Shown here: positions 25,466-38,382 of the stretch, piece by piece
Numbering within the stretch: the stretch's first letter is position 1
Layout of the letters: every line of letters begins with the position of its first letter
Source: Podospora anserina
Lineage: Eukaryota
Direction: 5' to 3'
Assembly: GCA_017654855.1 (NCBI GenBank)
Contig: CM030333.1
Span: 1,054,001-1,118,000 of the forward strand
Length of the DNA stretch: 64,000 nucleotides
Notes under the pieces: model-generated
Seen by the model: only the letters and a program-made list of their open reading frames with translations
Told to the model about the DNA's origin: nothing
The model's database searches: none
Position numbers and translations under genes: made by a program

Positions 25466-25873
25466 GGTTTGTGTATGACGGCAGCTAACGGCCTTGTACG
25501 AATACAATTGGTAAGGATGCCGACAAAATGATATTAAGGTATAAGAGTGAGCACAATGCTCTTGGAATTGGTGAAAATGCTGTGTGGGTTTCCCATGAAG
25601 CAGGGCCACATAAGCCCTGCCCGTGTGTTCCTTCCTCGCCTTCTCATAATCTCAGTAGGCCCTTCCTCGCCCTCTCATCCGGAATTCCAGGAGCTCCTTC
25701 CGCCTCGCAAGCTAGGCAGGCACATAACATCACTCAAGTTTCCGACTTTTTGGGAAGGGACGAGGGTAAGTCCACATGAAACAGAAACCTCGAACTTGTC
25801 ACGTTCAACGCTAGGTAAGTGTTCTACACAAATGTTGACCCCCAAACTCCATCCCAAATTCCCCGACAAATGC

Positions 25874-27669
25874 TCAAGCCAGCTTGGACGCCTTGGGCGC
25901 ACTGTCGCCCACCTCCTTCGCCGCACGCTCCCGCAGAATCTTGCGGAGAATCTTGCCAGACTAAAATCATCGTCAATATTCATCTTCATCGATGTGGGAT
26001 ATGATTCACTTACCGGATTCTTTGGAATCTCGGCCACAAACACAACACCACCCTTTAACCGCTTATAACGAGTAACCTTGCCCTCCATCCATTTGGCAAC
26101 GTCCTGCTCCGAAGCCTTCGATGTTGGATTCCGCACAATGTACGCCCGCGGCAGCTCTTCACCGTTGATCGTTACACCAACAACAGCAGCATCATTCACG
26201 TCTGGGTTCTCAAGAAGAAGAGCCTCCAGCTCTGCTGGTGCAACCTGGTTACCCTTGACCTTGATCAGCTCCTTGGAGCGGTCCACGATGTGGAAGATAC
26301 CACCGGGCTCATACTTCTCCACGTACGAGATGTCACCGGTCTTGAGCCAACGAGTCCCATCGCCGTCGACCACGATAGTATCGGCAGTCTGTTCAGGCTT
26401 GTTCCAATAGCCACGCATCAGAGTGGGACCCGACACCCAGAGTTCACCTCGCTCGCCAGCCTTGGTGATTTCTGTCTTTCCATCCAGAGACATGAGCTTT
26501 GCCTTACAGTTGGGGTTCATCTCACCCACACCACCGGAGGAACCCTCGGTGCTGTTAGGATCCCAGGCCATTGCCGTGCAGGTGACCTCGGTCATTCCCC
26601 ATCCCTGGCGGATGTAGTCGGCATTTGGAAGCATCTTTTCAACTTCTCTGGCGACCTCAAGGCCCAACGGGGCCGCTCCAGATCCTATGCTCTCGATACT
26701 GGAAAGGTCGAACTTCTTGGCCGCAGGGTGCTTGGCAAAGGCGATGACGATTGGGGGTACGCAAGCCAGGGTGGTGATGCGAAACTTTTGGATATACGTG
26801 AGAAGCTTCACAAAATCAAAGCCTTGCATGATGTATACTGGGGTACGGAGGTACGGCATGGTGGCGACGAAGTATGTCTGACCGTATGCGTGATAGAGTG
26901 GAAGGAAGCAGACCATCCGGGCTCGCTTCTGCTTCTCTTGGAATTGGGGATCCAGGTTGTTGATGTAGACGACGCCGACACTGTTGGCAACATAGGAGTA
27001 ATGAGTGATCATAACACCCTTGGGCACTCCCGTCGTCCCGCTGCTGTAGTTGAGGCAGCAGAGAGTGTTCTCCGGGTCAGCAGGCTCCTGCCACGACCAC
27101 TTCTCAGCCTGTGAGCGATTGCCAACAAGCAGCTCGGTCCAGTGTCGGGCCCCTTCCGCCTTCCCCTGAACACCTGGGCTCGGGTTCGTGGAAGCAATCA
27201 ACTCGGGAGCGACAGGGGTGTTGCCGCCAAGGATGAAGACGCGATCTCTGGGCAGTCCGGCCTCCTTTGCCGCTTCGAGGCCCGTCTTCAGAGCTGCCTC
27301 GGCAACAAACATGTAACTGGCGCCACTATCGCGAAGCTGATAGGCGAGTTCTCTTGTCACCATGGTTGGGTTGGCACCAGTGAAGATGCCACCCGCCATG
27401 AGAACGCCGAGGAAAATCGAGGGGAAGAAAATGTTGTTGCCCGAGAAGATCAAGACTCGTTCGCCAGTCTTCAAGCCGGCCTTTTGCAGGCCCAGGGCCA
27501 CCCTCTTCGAGAGGAGTCGGTAGTCACTGAGGGTGATGTAGTTGCTGTCGGGGTTCTCGGGGTCGATGAACGACTTTGTATCCGCGAGAGGTTCGGTTGC
27601 TGAGCCAAAGATCCATTTCTGTAGGGAGCTGCGTGGAATATCAACCGTCCATCTTGAGTTGATCACCAT
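25874..27669 (-). CDS. 4-coumarate-CoA ligase-like acyl-CoA synthetase (580 aa); intron 25961-26013
   Basis: AMP-binding motif YSSGTTGVPKG; QGWGMTE; WLKTGD; HIVDRSKELIKVKGNQVAPAELE. Splicing restores IPKNPSGKILR; the protein ends KASKLA. Confidence 0.92.
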
Positions 27670-27830
27670 TTTGGGCGGTTACTGGTTGGCTATGGGTCGG
27701 AGTTCGAGTAACAAAAGGAGGAGGAGAACGGTTAAAGGAACGGTGAGGAGGACGGAAGGTGAGCCGAACGCCAATATGTATAAACGCCAAAATGATTCAC
27801 GATATCCACTCGCAATGTTCTTGAAGCAAT

Positions 27831-27836
27831 CCGAGG
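27831..27836. promoter_or_regulatory. Putative FarA/FarB-type fatty-acid response element (CCGAGG)
   Basis: Hexamer 162 bp upstream of the acyl-CoA ligase ATG; second copy at 28288-28293. Confidence 0.45.
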
Positions 27837-28933
27837 AAGTTGTGCAACTTGACCGGGGGGGAGGGGGCAGCTGGGTTTATTAACGAGGAACGGGTTGACC
27901 GCCCGCCACGGAACACGTTTGTCGAGGGCCCCTAATAAATACCCCAACTTGGTGTATGTCTGGTTCGGACGGGACGGTGGGCTAGGGAGACGTTCGCCGG
28001 TTCGCCCGAAATCCGTCTTGTTTCCATGACTCTCATATTCGAGGGAAGGGGACGAGCTGAGGGGAGCTATGGTCGGCTTCCCTACAAAGGTGGGGGTGCG
28101 CAGAAGTGCCAGAGATCTGGAGGAAGTGGAAGCTTGGAGCTTCAACATCCTGGAAGGTGCTGTGACTAGGAAAATTATTGATGTTGCGATTGGACGCCTT
28201 TGTTGGAGAAGGAGGATGGCGGTTGGGGGAGCGGGACCCCATCCCCGCGTTTTGCAAGGACCAGCTTCCCCGCAGAATGAATGGATACCGAGGTTCGAGA
28301 CCGATTTGGCGACACGGAGCAAGACGGTGTTAGATTGAGGAGTGTTTGCCTAGGTATGGATAGACAGATAGATGTCTTTGTCAGGATCGCGATTATGGAA
28401 GAGGCGGAAACTCGAAGTCAATCTTCGGGAATATTCCGACGTTGTCGGCTGGTGGCCGTTATGTTCGACATCGCATCACCTTCCGACACTGCATCTTGGA
28501 TGTTGCTCGCCGTGGACGAGAGCTTTATATCGGTTTGGTTACAGCAAATATATGGTGACTGGAAGCCAAGTTGACTTGGCTGCACGACCGTCCCTCTTTG
28601 GTTGAGGGTTGTCGCTAGCCGACAAGTCCACGCCAAACCTCGGATTTTCAACTCGAGATATCTGAAAGGGTCCGTCCCATTTGTTACACAAGATTCCTAT
28701 CTGCCCCCTAACACGGACCGAGCCACAGGAACCGGAGTCAGACGTTGGCACACCGTTGTAGCCAGCGCAGGATGATTGTTGGTTGCTGGTAGTGGCGTTG
28801 GTGTTGGCCATGGAGCTTAAATCCACGTCCAGTCTCAAAACAGTCTCAAATTATAACGTGCAAATGCTGACTACAAGTCAAAGAGCAGACACAGTATGTG
28901 TCTGGTGTCAGAAAAAAGTTGGAAAAAGTAATC

Positions 28934-29015
28934 CGACGTGGGCCTGATTCGAACAGACGCTCCCGAAGGAACAAGATTTCTAGTCTTGCGCATTAGACCA
29001 CTCTGCCACCACGCC
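28934..29015 (-). tRNA. tRNA-Ser (AGA)
   Basis: GGCGTGG/CCACGTC acceptor; TGGCAGAGTGG A-box; CAAGA-CT-AGA-AA-TCTTG anticodon arm; long variable arm TTCCTTCGGGA; GTTCGAAT T-loop; G discriminator. Confidence 0.95.
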
Positions 29016-29155
29016 TTGTTGATATTCATGTGACTGAAATAGCACTTATGTATGTCAGAAGTAGCCTGCATCGGCATCGCCTCTTTGCATCAACCTCCTT
29101 TCCAGTCATCTTCAAAAACAACATATATTTTCCACCCCTCCATTCACATCTCAAA

Positions 29156-31893
29156 TCACATCAATGCCCAAAGTCCAAACACCCCCGCCACCCCCAGTGT
29201 CAACCCTCCCACAATCACCCTCCCACCCCCGGAGTCATCACCACCACCCCCGTCCCCTCCCACCCCGTCATCAAGAAAATACGCAGCTAATACACCCCCC
29301 CAACCGCCAGAAACATCCCCCTGCCTCACCAAACCAATCTGCTCACCATCCCTATAAACCATATTCTCCACACTTTTACTCCCCATAGAAAACCACCTCA
29401 CCCCTTCCATCGTCCCCCTGACAAAAACCATATTCGTCTGACAAACCCCACCCGTCCCCTCACACTGCGGATCATCCCACAAGTTATCATCCATCCCGTT
29501 GAAAAACACCCACATTGCCGACCCGTGGATGGTTGTATCGGTCACGTTGTCGAGGTACGCTCCCCAGGCGCGGAAGCACCTGTCATCACCACCCTTTCCT
29601 TGTTTCTCACAATGATGAAATGCTACCTCTCCCTCCCATGGCCCCGGAGCTCGCAAGGAAGTACCCTGACCCTGCCAGTAAGGTGATTCAGTCTGTTGCC
29701 CTATCACCAGAATATCTCTCGTGTCGAAGAAGCCGTATTGATACAGTACGCAGTGTTCGAAGCTCGTTCCGATCATGGTTACCGGCCCCGAGGTGTGGGA
29801 GATGGTCAACCCGCGACCAACGGCTATGTTTTGCGCTGGGACGTTGGGGATCACATCCAGGGGATGGTCGGCTGCCCAGCCCCAGATGTTTTCTAGGTAG
29901 ATGTTTGACGCTGTCGAGGTGATATCCAACAAGGTGTGCGTGGCGAGGCAGGTTGATGGGTTTGGGTTGGAGCAGGAATCGGTGATGGTTGTGTCGATGC
30001 TGCCTCCTACTCTCAGCACGACAGACCAGAGGGAGACATCGGGGAGGGAGATTTGCAGGAGGGTGGCGCCGGGGGAGATTTCTTGGACTGAAATGAGGAT
30101 GTCGGATAGCTCTACTGGGCCAGTGACATCGGAGTTGGGGGGAGCGGCGATGTGGACGACTGGTTGGGGGGAGGAGGGGTTGGAGAAAAAGGGACCGGTG
30201 CCGGAGATGGTGGATAGGACTTCGCCGACGAGGCGGGTGTTTGGTGGGATCAGGATGGTTGAGCGGGTGAGGTAAATGCCTCGGGGGAAGAGGACCACGG
30301 TGTTGCAGCCGGGGGTGGATGCTTTGGCGAGGATAGCGCTGATGGAGGGGCCGTCGTCGTGGGTGTTGTCTCCGTAGACGGGGTGGGAGGGGTCGGATCT
30401 GATGTTGATTATTTGGGAGGGAGAGAACGAGGTGTATTGCGGCAGGGGTTTGGTGAGGTAGGTTCCTTCTGGGGTGACGAGGGAGGGCTGCCGGGGGGCA
30501 GGGTAGGTTTTGGGTTCTTGAGAGTCATTAGGCGATCTGGAGTGAGTCTTTGTCAGTTGTGTTCTTTACCACATCCCCCCCTTCCACCTTTCCACCTCTT
30601 CTTTTCAGATCAACAAACAGAAAAGACTCACCTATTCCCCATAACCCACACCTGCCCCCTTTTCACATCTCCCCTCAGTAACACCTCCCTATCCCCAGTT
30701 CTAACAGCCACATTCTCTCCACCACCAACCTCAACCCAATCCAACACCACCCCCTGCCCCCTGTCTCTCACCATCACTCCCGTCTCACATTCCCTCAAAA
30801 CAGTATCAACAACCGACACCCCCCCAACCACCTCCCCCTTTTGCCATTCTCCCCCCCTTAAATCCAACCCAATCCCACACCCCTCAATTTCCGCCCCTAT
30901 GATGCTAACCACATACCCCCTCTTCACCCTAATCCCCACCTCCGCCCCCTTAACCTTCACCCCCTTTAACGTGTATTGCTGATTATTTATTTCCAACCCT
31001 ATCTGTCCGCCCTCAACCATCACCTCACTAACAACCTTCCCCGACCCACCCCCGAAATCCATCGCCACCCCCCTATGCCTCACCCCCTCACCCCTCGGCA
31101 TCACAATCTTGATGTTGGAGAGACTACTCCCCTGACTTACACTCCATTCGATCCCCCCTGTGACGCTGGTTACCACCATCTCCAACACAGGGAACAGTGA
31201 AACGACTTACTAGCTGCCATCTCTTTCGGTACAGCAGTCATATCAATCACCACATTGCGGAGGGCGATATAAAAGTTCTTGTTGGCGCTGCCTTGGCCTT
31301 GGTAGGGATCGTAACCAAGCACCACCCTACAAACACAAGTTCATCAGCTCTTCTCCGCCAGCAAAATCGGAGTAACCCCACGACAGAACAAGAAATAACC
31401 AAGTGCCAGCCACCAGCAAGAGCAAGTCACCCACTCACGGCCGTGTCCCCAATTCCGGTGCCGCCTTCAACACCGTCTCCCCAAACACCCCCGGACTCCC
31501 GACAAGATAAGTCGACACCAATAACCGCACCGGCTCCGTAATCAGATAAACCCCCGGGGGCAGCGAGACATAAGCCGGGAGGGTAGTAACAGTATTGTTC
31601 GCCCTGTTCCCGGCTGATACCGCCGCATTGATGCCCTCACTGCTCGACTTCCCCCCCGTCGGATCAGCCCCAAACTCGACCACGTCCCGATAATACTCGT
31701 ATGCCTGATCTCCAGCGTAGTAGGGTGTACTCCCGTTTTGGGACATCGAGGCACGCCACCATTTTGGTGGTGGGTGCTGCTCTTCACCCCCAGAGTGACA
31801 ATCCTGTCGTTTGTGATGAGCAACAACAGCATCACCAGCTACTACTGATGAGGAGAAAGATGGGAGGAGGATTAACACGAGGAGAGTTTTCAT
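29156..31893 (-). CDS. Secreted GH55 beta-1,3-glucanase (beta-helix, 825 aa); introns 31327-31438, 31158-31210, 30537-30631
   Basis: Signal peptide; YEYYRDVVEFGADPTG; NKNFYIALRN; IEWSVSQGSSL; GDNTHDDG; IWGWAADH; FEHCVLYQY; QTESPYWQ (GH55 catalytic-region motif). Confidence 0.9.
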
Positions 31894-32007
31894 TGTTGAT
31901 CACCGATGATGATGATGATGATGATGATCCAGTTGAAGTGGAAATTGAAAAGTCGAGTGTCTTGGCTATGGCATTGTTGTAGGTGAGTAAAGCCGTAGCT
32001 GGCTAGC

Positions 32008-32039
32008 TAGGTAGGTAGGTAGGTAGGTAGGTAGGTAGG
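32008..32039. repeat. (TAGG)8 tetranucleotide repeat
   Basis: Read directly. Confidence 0.95.
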
Positions 32040-32963
32040 TTTGTGAATTGATCGTGTGTAACTTGGATGACACTTGCACTTACGGAAACGAGCAAGACAA
32101 ACGACCTTTGACGGCAACAAAGTCAAGTCAGCAATCACTCCCTCATACAAACAAATCCCCGAGTGTATACCAGTTTGTCTGCAGTCAGCATTTTACCCCA
32201 ACAAAACCCATGGTGTGGCGGGCAACATTCTGTCTGGACGCCTTCTACACCTCACACAAGCCTCACTCACACTCACACACTCTCAACATCCAATCAATCC
32301 ACACAACACATCAAACACATCCATCATGTTCACCCTTCTCACATGCAAGACCGGCAATATTTACAAATACACATTCCCCCTCTCATATTTATTCTTCCTC
32401 TCTCTCTCTCTCTCTCTCTCTTTCTCAATTGGGAATCTTCAGAAATACCCGATCTCTCCTTTTTTTGTTCACTCCCCCCTTCCCCTGCGCCCTCCCCCAA
32501 CAATTAATCAATCTCAAAACAAGACAGCCCCAATCATCCATCCATCCATCCATACCATACCAAACATTCCAATCCAAACCCCCCATACCAAAAAACAACA
32601 ACTTGAAAAAAACTGGTAGTTACATTTAACAGAAAGATGGAAAAGGTAAAATCGCAAAACAATGAATGCTAATGCCCCCCCCCAAACTGTGTCGATAATA
32701 AAGTTACATTTCCTTCCTTCCCTCCCCTACCCCTACCCCCTAATCCCACACACACCACCCCGATATCAAAATATGTGCTGCCATCTAATGCAAACTAAAA
32801 AAAAAAAAACCATTTGTGTCGAAACCAAAAAAAAAAGAAACCTTACCTTTTATATACCCCATGCTGATCAATGCCTAGGATATACAATACTCCCAACCCA
32901 TACACCATTCCCAGATTTTAAATAAAAAACAACAATAATAAATTACTCCCCCAACCCCTCCCC

Positions 32964-35900
32964 TCATTTCTTCTCATTCCCCTTCTTCTCCCCCTCCAAC
33001 TTCCCCGCCAACACCTCCGCCATCTCCTTCGTCTTGACCTGCAACATCCACGTCTCCAACCCCTTCCCATTATCCTTCGCCACCACCACCTTCACCGCCT
33101 TCGCCCCCGGCGGGTCAACCTTGTACGTTATACTCGGAATCAACAACTTATTAAACGCAATGTGCCCGCGCGGCTCTGCTCTCAACAACAACCTCACCGC
33201 CCCCGTCTCCTTGTGCTTCAGCAGCTTCAGATTACCAATCCCCTGCACCGCCCACCCCTTCTTCTTGTTGCTGTTATTATCAGTCGACGAGTCGTTCTCG
33301 TCAGCCTCTCCCGTGTTATACTTCATTGCCTTGGCGCGGACTTCATGGACGACGGACTCGTCCTCCTCGCCCCGGCCGCCGTCGGTTAGCGAGATTTGAT
33401 GCTCCTGTGGTGCGTCATCCCCGTCAGCGTTTGTCCCTTGAGTGTTACCATCTTGAGTAGCAGTGGTGGCAGTAGCAGCAGCAGCAGCAGCGGCAGCATT
33501 ATTGCCGCTGGCAGAAGGCTCGGGGGTCCCAGCAGCCGGCGTCGTCGCCAGGCTTGAAGCACCTCCGAATGTGAAAGGGGTATCTGGGGGAAAAGGGGAA
33601 AAGAACGAATTAATATGGATTTTGAAGTGAAGTGAAGTCAGGGGTAGGGCAAATACTCACTTGTACCTGTAGAGGTTCCCCCACCAGGAGCCAAACTGTT
33701 TGCAAAGATGGAACCCCCGGCGGGGTTCTGGGACGCACCACCAAAGGAGAACACGGGCCCCGATGAAGGAACGGCTTGAGAAGCGCCGGCATCCGACGCG
33801 CCACCGAAGCTGAAAGTAGGGACACCGCCCGCACTAGGGGCAGGGGTGCTGCCAAAGGTGAAGGACTGCGTGGCGGCAGGAGCACCACTGCCGAAGGTGA
33901 AAGATGTCGGGGCGGTCGGGGGACCGTCCTGGCCCGACGTGAATGGGTTGTTGAACGAGTTGTTGGCCGAGTTGCTACCACCGGCCGTGAAGTTGAACGA
34001 GGTGGAAGCGCCGGCAGTGGCACCGGCGTTGCCAAAGGTGGAACCACCCGCCGGCGCCGCAGGCTGCGAGGTAGGTGTAGATCCAAAGGTAAAGGACTGT
34101 GTAGCCGGAACCGTAGTCTGCGAACCACCGAAGCTGAAAATGTTGCTAGCCGGGGGCGCAGAGGGCGCCAGAGTCTGGCTGTTAGCAAACAGGCTGGCAG
34201 GAGGCTTCGACTCTGGCTGGATCGTGCTTCCACCAAAGAAGGGCTTGCTCTCTGGCGCCGAGGTGGTGCCAAACAGGCTCTTCGTCTCCGTGGCAGCGGA
34301 AGAAGTGTTGCCAAACAGCGACTTGGTCTCCGCCGCAGGAGCAGCACCAAACGTAAAGGGCTTGGCCTCCGGGGCAGGAGTGGTGCTGCCGAACAAAGAC
34401 TTGGTCTCGGGGGCCGGCGTAGTGCTACCGAAAAGAGGCTTGCTCTCCGGAACAGGTGTAGTCGCAGTGCTACCAAACAAACTCTTAGTCTCGGTAGCCG
34501 GGGCCGCAGTGGTGCTGGCACCAAAGAGAGGCGTGCCGGCAGCGGCAGGCTGTGTGTTGCTTCCGAACAAGCTGGCACCCGGAGCGGCGGTCGAGGCGCC
34601 GAACAAGCTCTTAGTCTCCGTGGCAGGAGCAGCAGTACCTGCGCCAAAGAGGCTCTTAGTCTCGGCAGGCTTGGGAGCCTCAGGTACAGGAGTGGACGCA
34701 TTAGATCCAAAAAGAGAAGGAGTCGCAGACTTGGTGTCAGTGCTGCCAAAGGCAAACTTCTTCGCCGCAGGCTCCTCGGTAGACGGGGCAGTAGCGGAAG
34801 CACCAAAGAGGGTCTTGGTCTCCATCGTGGGGGCCACAGTGCTCGCGCCAAAGAGACTCTTGGCCTCGGCGGGCTTAGCAGCCTCGGTGGTCGCAGTGCT
34901 GCCGAACAGGGACGCGGCGGGAGGAGTGCTCGCCGCAGGATTCTCCTCCTTCTTGGCCTCGCCAAATAGGAGCTTGGCAGGGGCAATCTCCTTCTTGTTC
35001 TCACCAAACATGTCCGTAGGCTTGAAGGTAGCAGTAGCAGTAGCAGCCTTGTTGTCGGCAGCAACGCTGATAGACTTGCCGCCGAAGGTGAACGAGGTAG
35101 GGGCAGTGGTTGGCAGACCAGGCACGGTGGCAACCTTCTTCTCCTCCTCCTTCTTGGGCTCAGAGGCAGCGGGAGCAGCGACGGACGAGCCAAAGAGTGA
35201 CGAGCCTGTGCCGGTAGACGTGGATGGCTTAAATCCGCCAAAAGCAGGAGTAGCAGCAGGAGTCGAATCAGCGAGCTTAGGCTGGAAGCCCGAGAACAGG
35301 TTAGCAGGAGGCTTGGAAGTCTCCTCGGAAGCCTCATCAACCGTCTTCACAGTACCTCCAAACAGGTTAGTAGGTGCAGGCGTCTCCTTGGGTGTCTCCG
35401 CAGGCTTGGCCGACCCGAAAAGGCTGCCACTAGGCGCGGCAGGCTTGGGAGCAGTAGAACCGAACAGAGAAGTGCCTGGAGCTGTAGCCGCAGCCGGGGC
35501 CGCGAACTTGATAGGAGTATTAGCATCCCAGGTCTTGTTGGCAGGCGCAGGCTTAGGCGCAGGCACAGGGGCAGTCTCCTTGACTGGGCTGACAGCTCTC
35601 TCCTTTTCAGCAGGGGTAGGGAACAGAGATCCATCATGAGTACCGAGCTTCCGAACTGGCTTGCCGTCAGCGTCCCGTGTGATTCTTTCAAACAGGCTGC
35701 GGCCCTGGCTGAAGCTCTCGCCCGCCTCCGACGAGGAGCTCGAGGTGCCGTTAACCGACGCCTTCTTGTGGCCAGATGAACCCTCGCCGCTGTCAGTCTG
35801 GTCCTCGGATCCGCTAGCCTCCTCGGTGTCCTCTTCCTCGGCATCGGATTCACTGTCACTGTCTTCATCAGCACCCTCATTACCGCTGTTCTTGCTCGTG

Positions 35901-37252
35901 TCGGACAGATGACCAAAGATATTAGACGACCCAGCTGGCTTCGAGGAAGACGCAAACAGCCCGTTGGGCTTGGCTTTCGTGCTAGGCTCGAAGGGGCTGC
36001 TTGTCGAAGCCTTCAAGGACTTGACAGGAGTGTTGTTCGCGACCTTCTCAAACAGAGACTTGGTAGCCGATGGAGCCTTGGCAGGGGCAGGACCTGGCTT
36101 CTGCAACTTGGCCGGCTGGTTGCTCTCCTCGGGCTCCTCGTCGGCCTTGCGCTTGTTCTTCGCAGAAACCTCGAGCGCACGAGTGCGCTGGATACTGCTC
36201 AGACCAGGGCCTGGGCGGGCCCCTGGCTGAGGGCTCAGCTCGATCGACGCCTTGCGCTTCGCTCCGCAGTTCGTCTTGGGCGCAGTCTCTTCCTCGTCAT
36301 CGGAATCGGGGATATTGTGCTTCTCCTTCCATTCCTTCTTGACAGCCTCGGAGGCGCGCACCGTCTTGAACTCGTAAAGGCCATATCGCAGCATGATCAA
36401 GCTTCGGCTCTTCTCGTACTCCTTTGCAAAGTTCAAGATATTAATCTTCCAGTCTTTCTTGTTAAAAACTTCGTCGGCGGCATACTTCAACCGTCGCAAG
36501 TCGAGAATGCAAAAGAACTGGCGTCTCTGTTGCTCGTCGAGATCGGGGGGGCAGTAGTGCGCCAGGAACTCGTCGGCATAGACCGATCCGGTTCGGTTGA
36601 GCTCACTGGGCACCTCCTTAGCCATCATTTCTCCCGTGAGATGAACCGGTGGGGACTGAATCCTCATCTTGAAGAGATCACCCGAGGTGGATGGTTGGGG
36701 CAGGGCGCGCCCATTAAGATCGGCGGTAGCAGCCCGTGTCGTCGCCCTGCCGGGGGTGTTTGGCGGGAAGCTCTGGTTCAGTGAGCTCGTCGGCTTCGAG
36801 GACGAGTAGTTGGGAAGGCCAGGGCGGGATGAGATGGTTGAGGAACGGAAGATGTTGGTTCGGGTAGAGCTCTGGCCTGTGAAGTTTGTATTGGGGCGCG
36901 TCGCCATGGACGAGGAAAACGAGGAGGGTTTGTTGGGATTGTCACCAGGCATCCGTCTTGGTGTCCCGATCGTGACGGTTCTGGTGTTGAGATCTGATGC
37001 TGTGAAGCTCTGGGAGAGCTTGCTTGATGGGCCATGGGGCCGACCGATGATTCTGCGCGAAGCCATCTGGGAGTCGGAGGCGCGCTTCGCCGGACTCTCG
37101 GGCGCAGACGACGCGCTGGCGGGACGTGGCAGCGAGGGCGCAGCGTCCTTCATGGTGGCATCCTTCTTGGAGTCCTGCTCAGTTGGGGTGGTAGAGCGCT
37201 GGAACAGGGCGCCGAGGCCGAAGATGCTTCGCTTCTTGGATGAGGGCTCCAT
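32964..37252 (-). CDS. NUP152: Nup2-like FG nucleoporin with C-terminal Ran-binding domain (Nup152 type, ~1403 aa); intron 33584-33660
   Basis: Many SLFG/FTFG repeats; C-terminal RanBD (WAVQGIGNLKLLKHKETGAVRLLLRAEPRG); folded N-terminal block FFCILDLRRLKY...LIMLRYGLYEFK. The symbol is by analogy to Chaetomium Nup152. Confidence 0.8.
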
Positions 37253-38382
37253 GATTGCGAGTCGCTCGTGTGGCCGGTGTTGAGCTTTTTGAGTGCAATC
37301 GGAGGGAGAGGCCAAAAGTCGCCAGAAAATAATTTCTATTATCTAGACAACAATGGCAGAGTCGAGACAAGGGAGTGAGCGAGTCTCTCTTGTCGATAGA
37401 GCCGCAGGTGGTGGGTTGGGGTTGCGTCGCGTGTTAGGTCGCGTCGTTAGTAGTGGTAGGATTTTGGTGAAGAGGCTTTTCGGGCCCTGTTGGGGTTGAT
37501 TGACGTGATGTGATGTGCGCGAAGTTGCGCGGTGTGGGTTTGCGACTTTTTGGCGCGGCTAGGGCTGTCAACCAACGCGCTTTCTATCGGGCAGAGATAG
37601 CGGAGACGTGGGAGACAGAAATGCAGGATATGGTGGTCCTGTGAAGAGACAGGCAGACGATGGCAGATTGCCTTGGTCGACAGCTGGGAGCAGCAACAGG
37701 AAAAAAATCCTTGCAACTTTTCCCAAGCAAAAGCAGCGGCACAGGAGAGCAGCAAAGCTGGAGAAAGGGCGCTAGCTGGGCAAAGCAGAGACTGGGGGTC
37801 GTGTGCACGGGCCACATTCTTCTCCTGACCGATTGATGACTTCTGGCGCCTTCTTTAGGCGACGGATCTTGCCGAAGCCAACCATTTTGCTGTCTTTGCT
37901 GCAACTCTTTGAGCAGCCTTGCAGACAATGTAGCTGTAAGGTTTTTCACTTTGGCGCGGAGCCCGATACTCTATTTGATCTTGTTTTCACATGGCTATTG
38001 ATAGGATGTAAGCAGTAAGCAAAAGACTTCCAAGCAACACCAACTTCTATCTATACCTGTCAGTTACAGGGGGGCAGTTGTGGCCTTGGTGAGAGGGGCA
38101 CAAGTCTCTTCACCTGACAAGAGCATGCTTGAGCCAATCATTTTGTACTGCAGGCCCCAGAGACTCTTGCCCCTCGGAGAGAGCTGCTCCAATGATCTCA
38201 GTGCTCCTCTCCAAGTCGTGTCCTCTCTGACATGCAAACAATACTTGGGCCAAATGTCCAGCATATGCCTTACCTTAGCATATACTCCAGCCACGGTATA
38301 TCAGACCCAAGACAACGGTTCAGCCAATAGCCTGCAAAGTGCAAAGTTTTAATTGTTACAAACCCTATCCCCAATGCCCGTT

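Noticed and set aside
25675..26013. Unspliced 664-aa form of the acyl-CoA ligase from the ORF track
   Set aside because: It loses the conserved SGKILR motif, which the canonical intron 25961-26013 restores.
32008..32039. (TAGG)8 as a telomere remnant
   Set aside because: The telomere repeat in this fungal group is TTAGGG; short TAGG runs recur elsewhere in the window (e.g. ~5633).
33776..35639. Long plus-strand ORFs (397 and 597 aa) opposite the nucleoporin
   Set aside because: Antisense shadows of a repetitive, GC-rich coding region; no motifs of their own.
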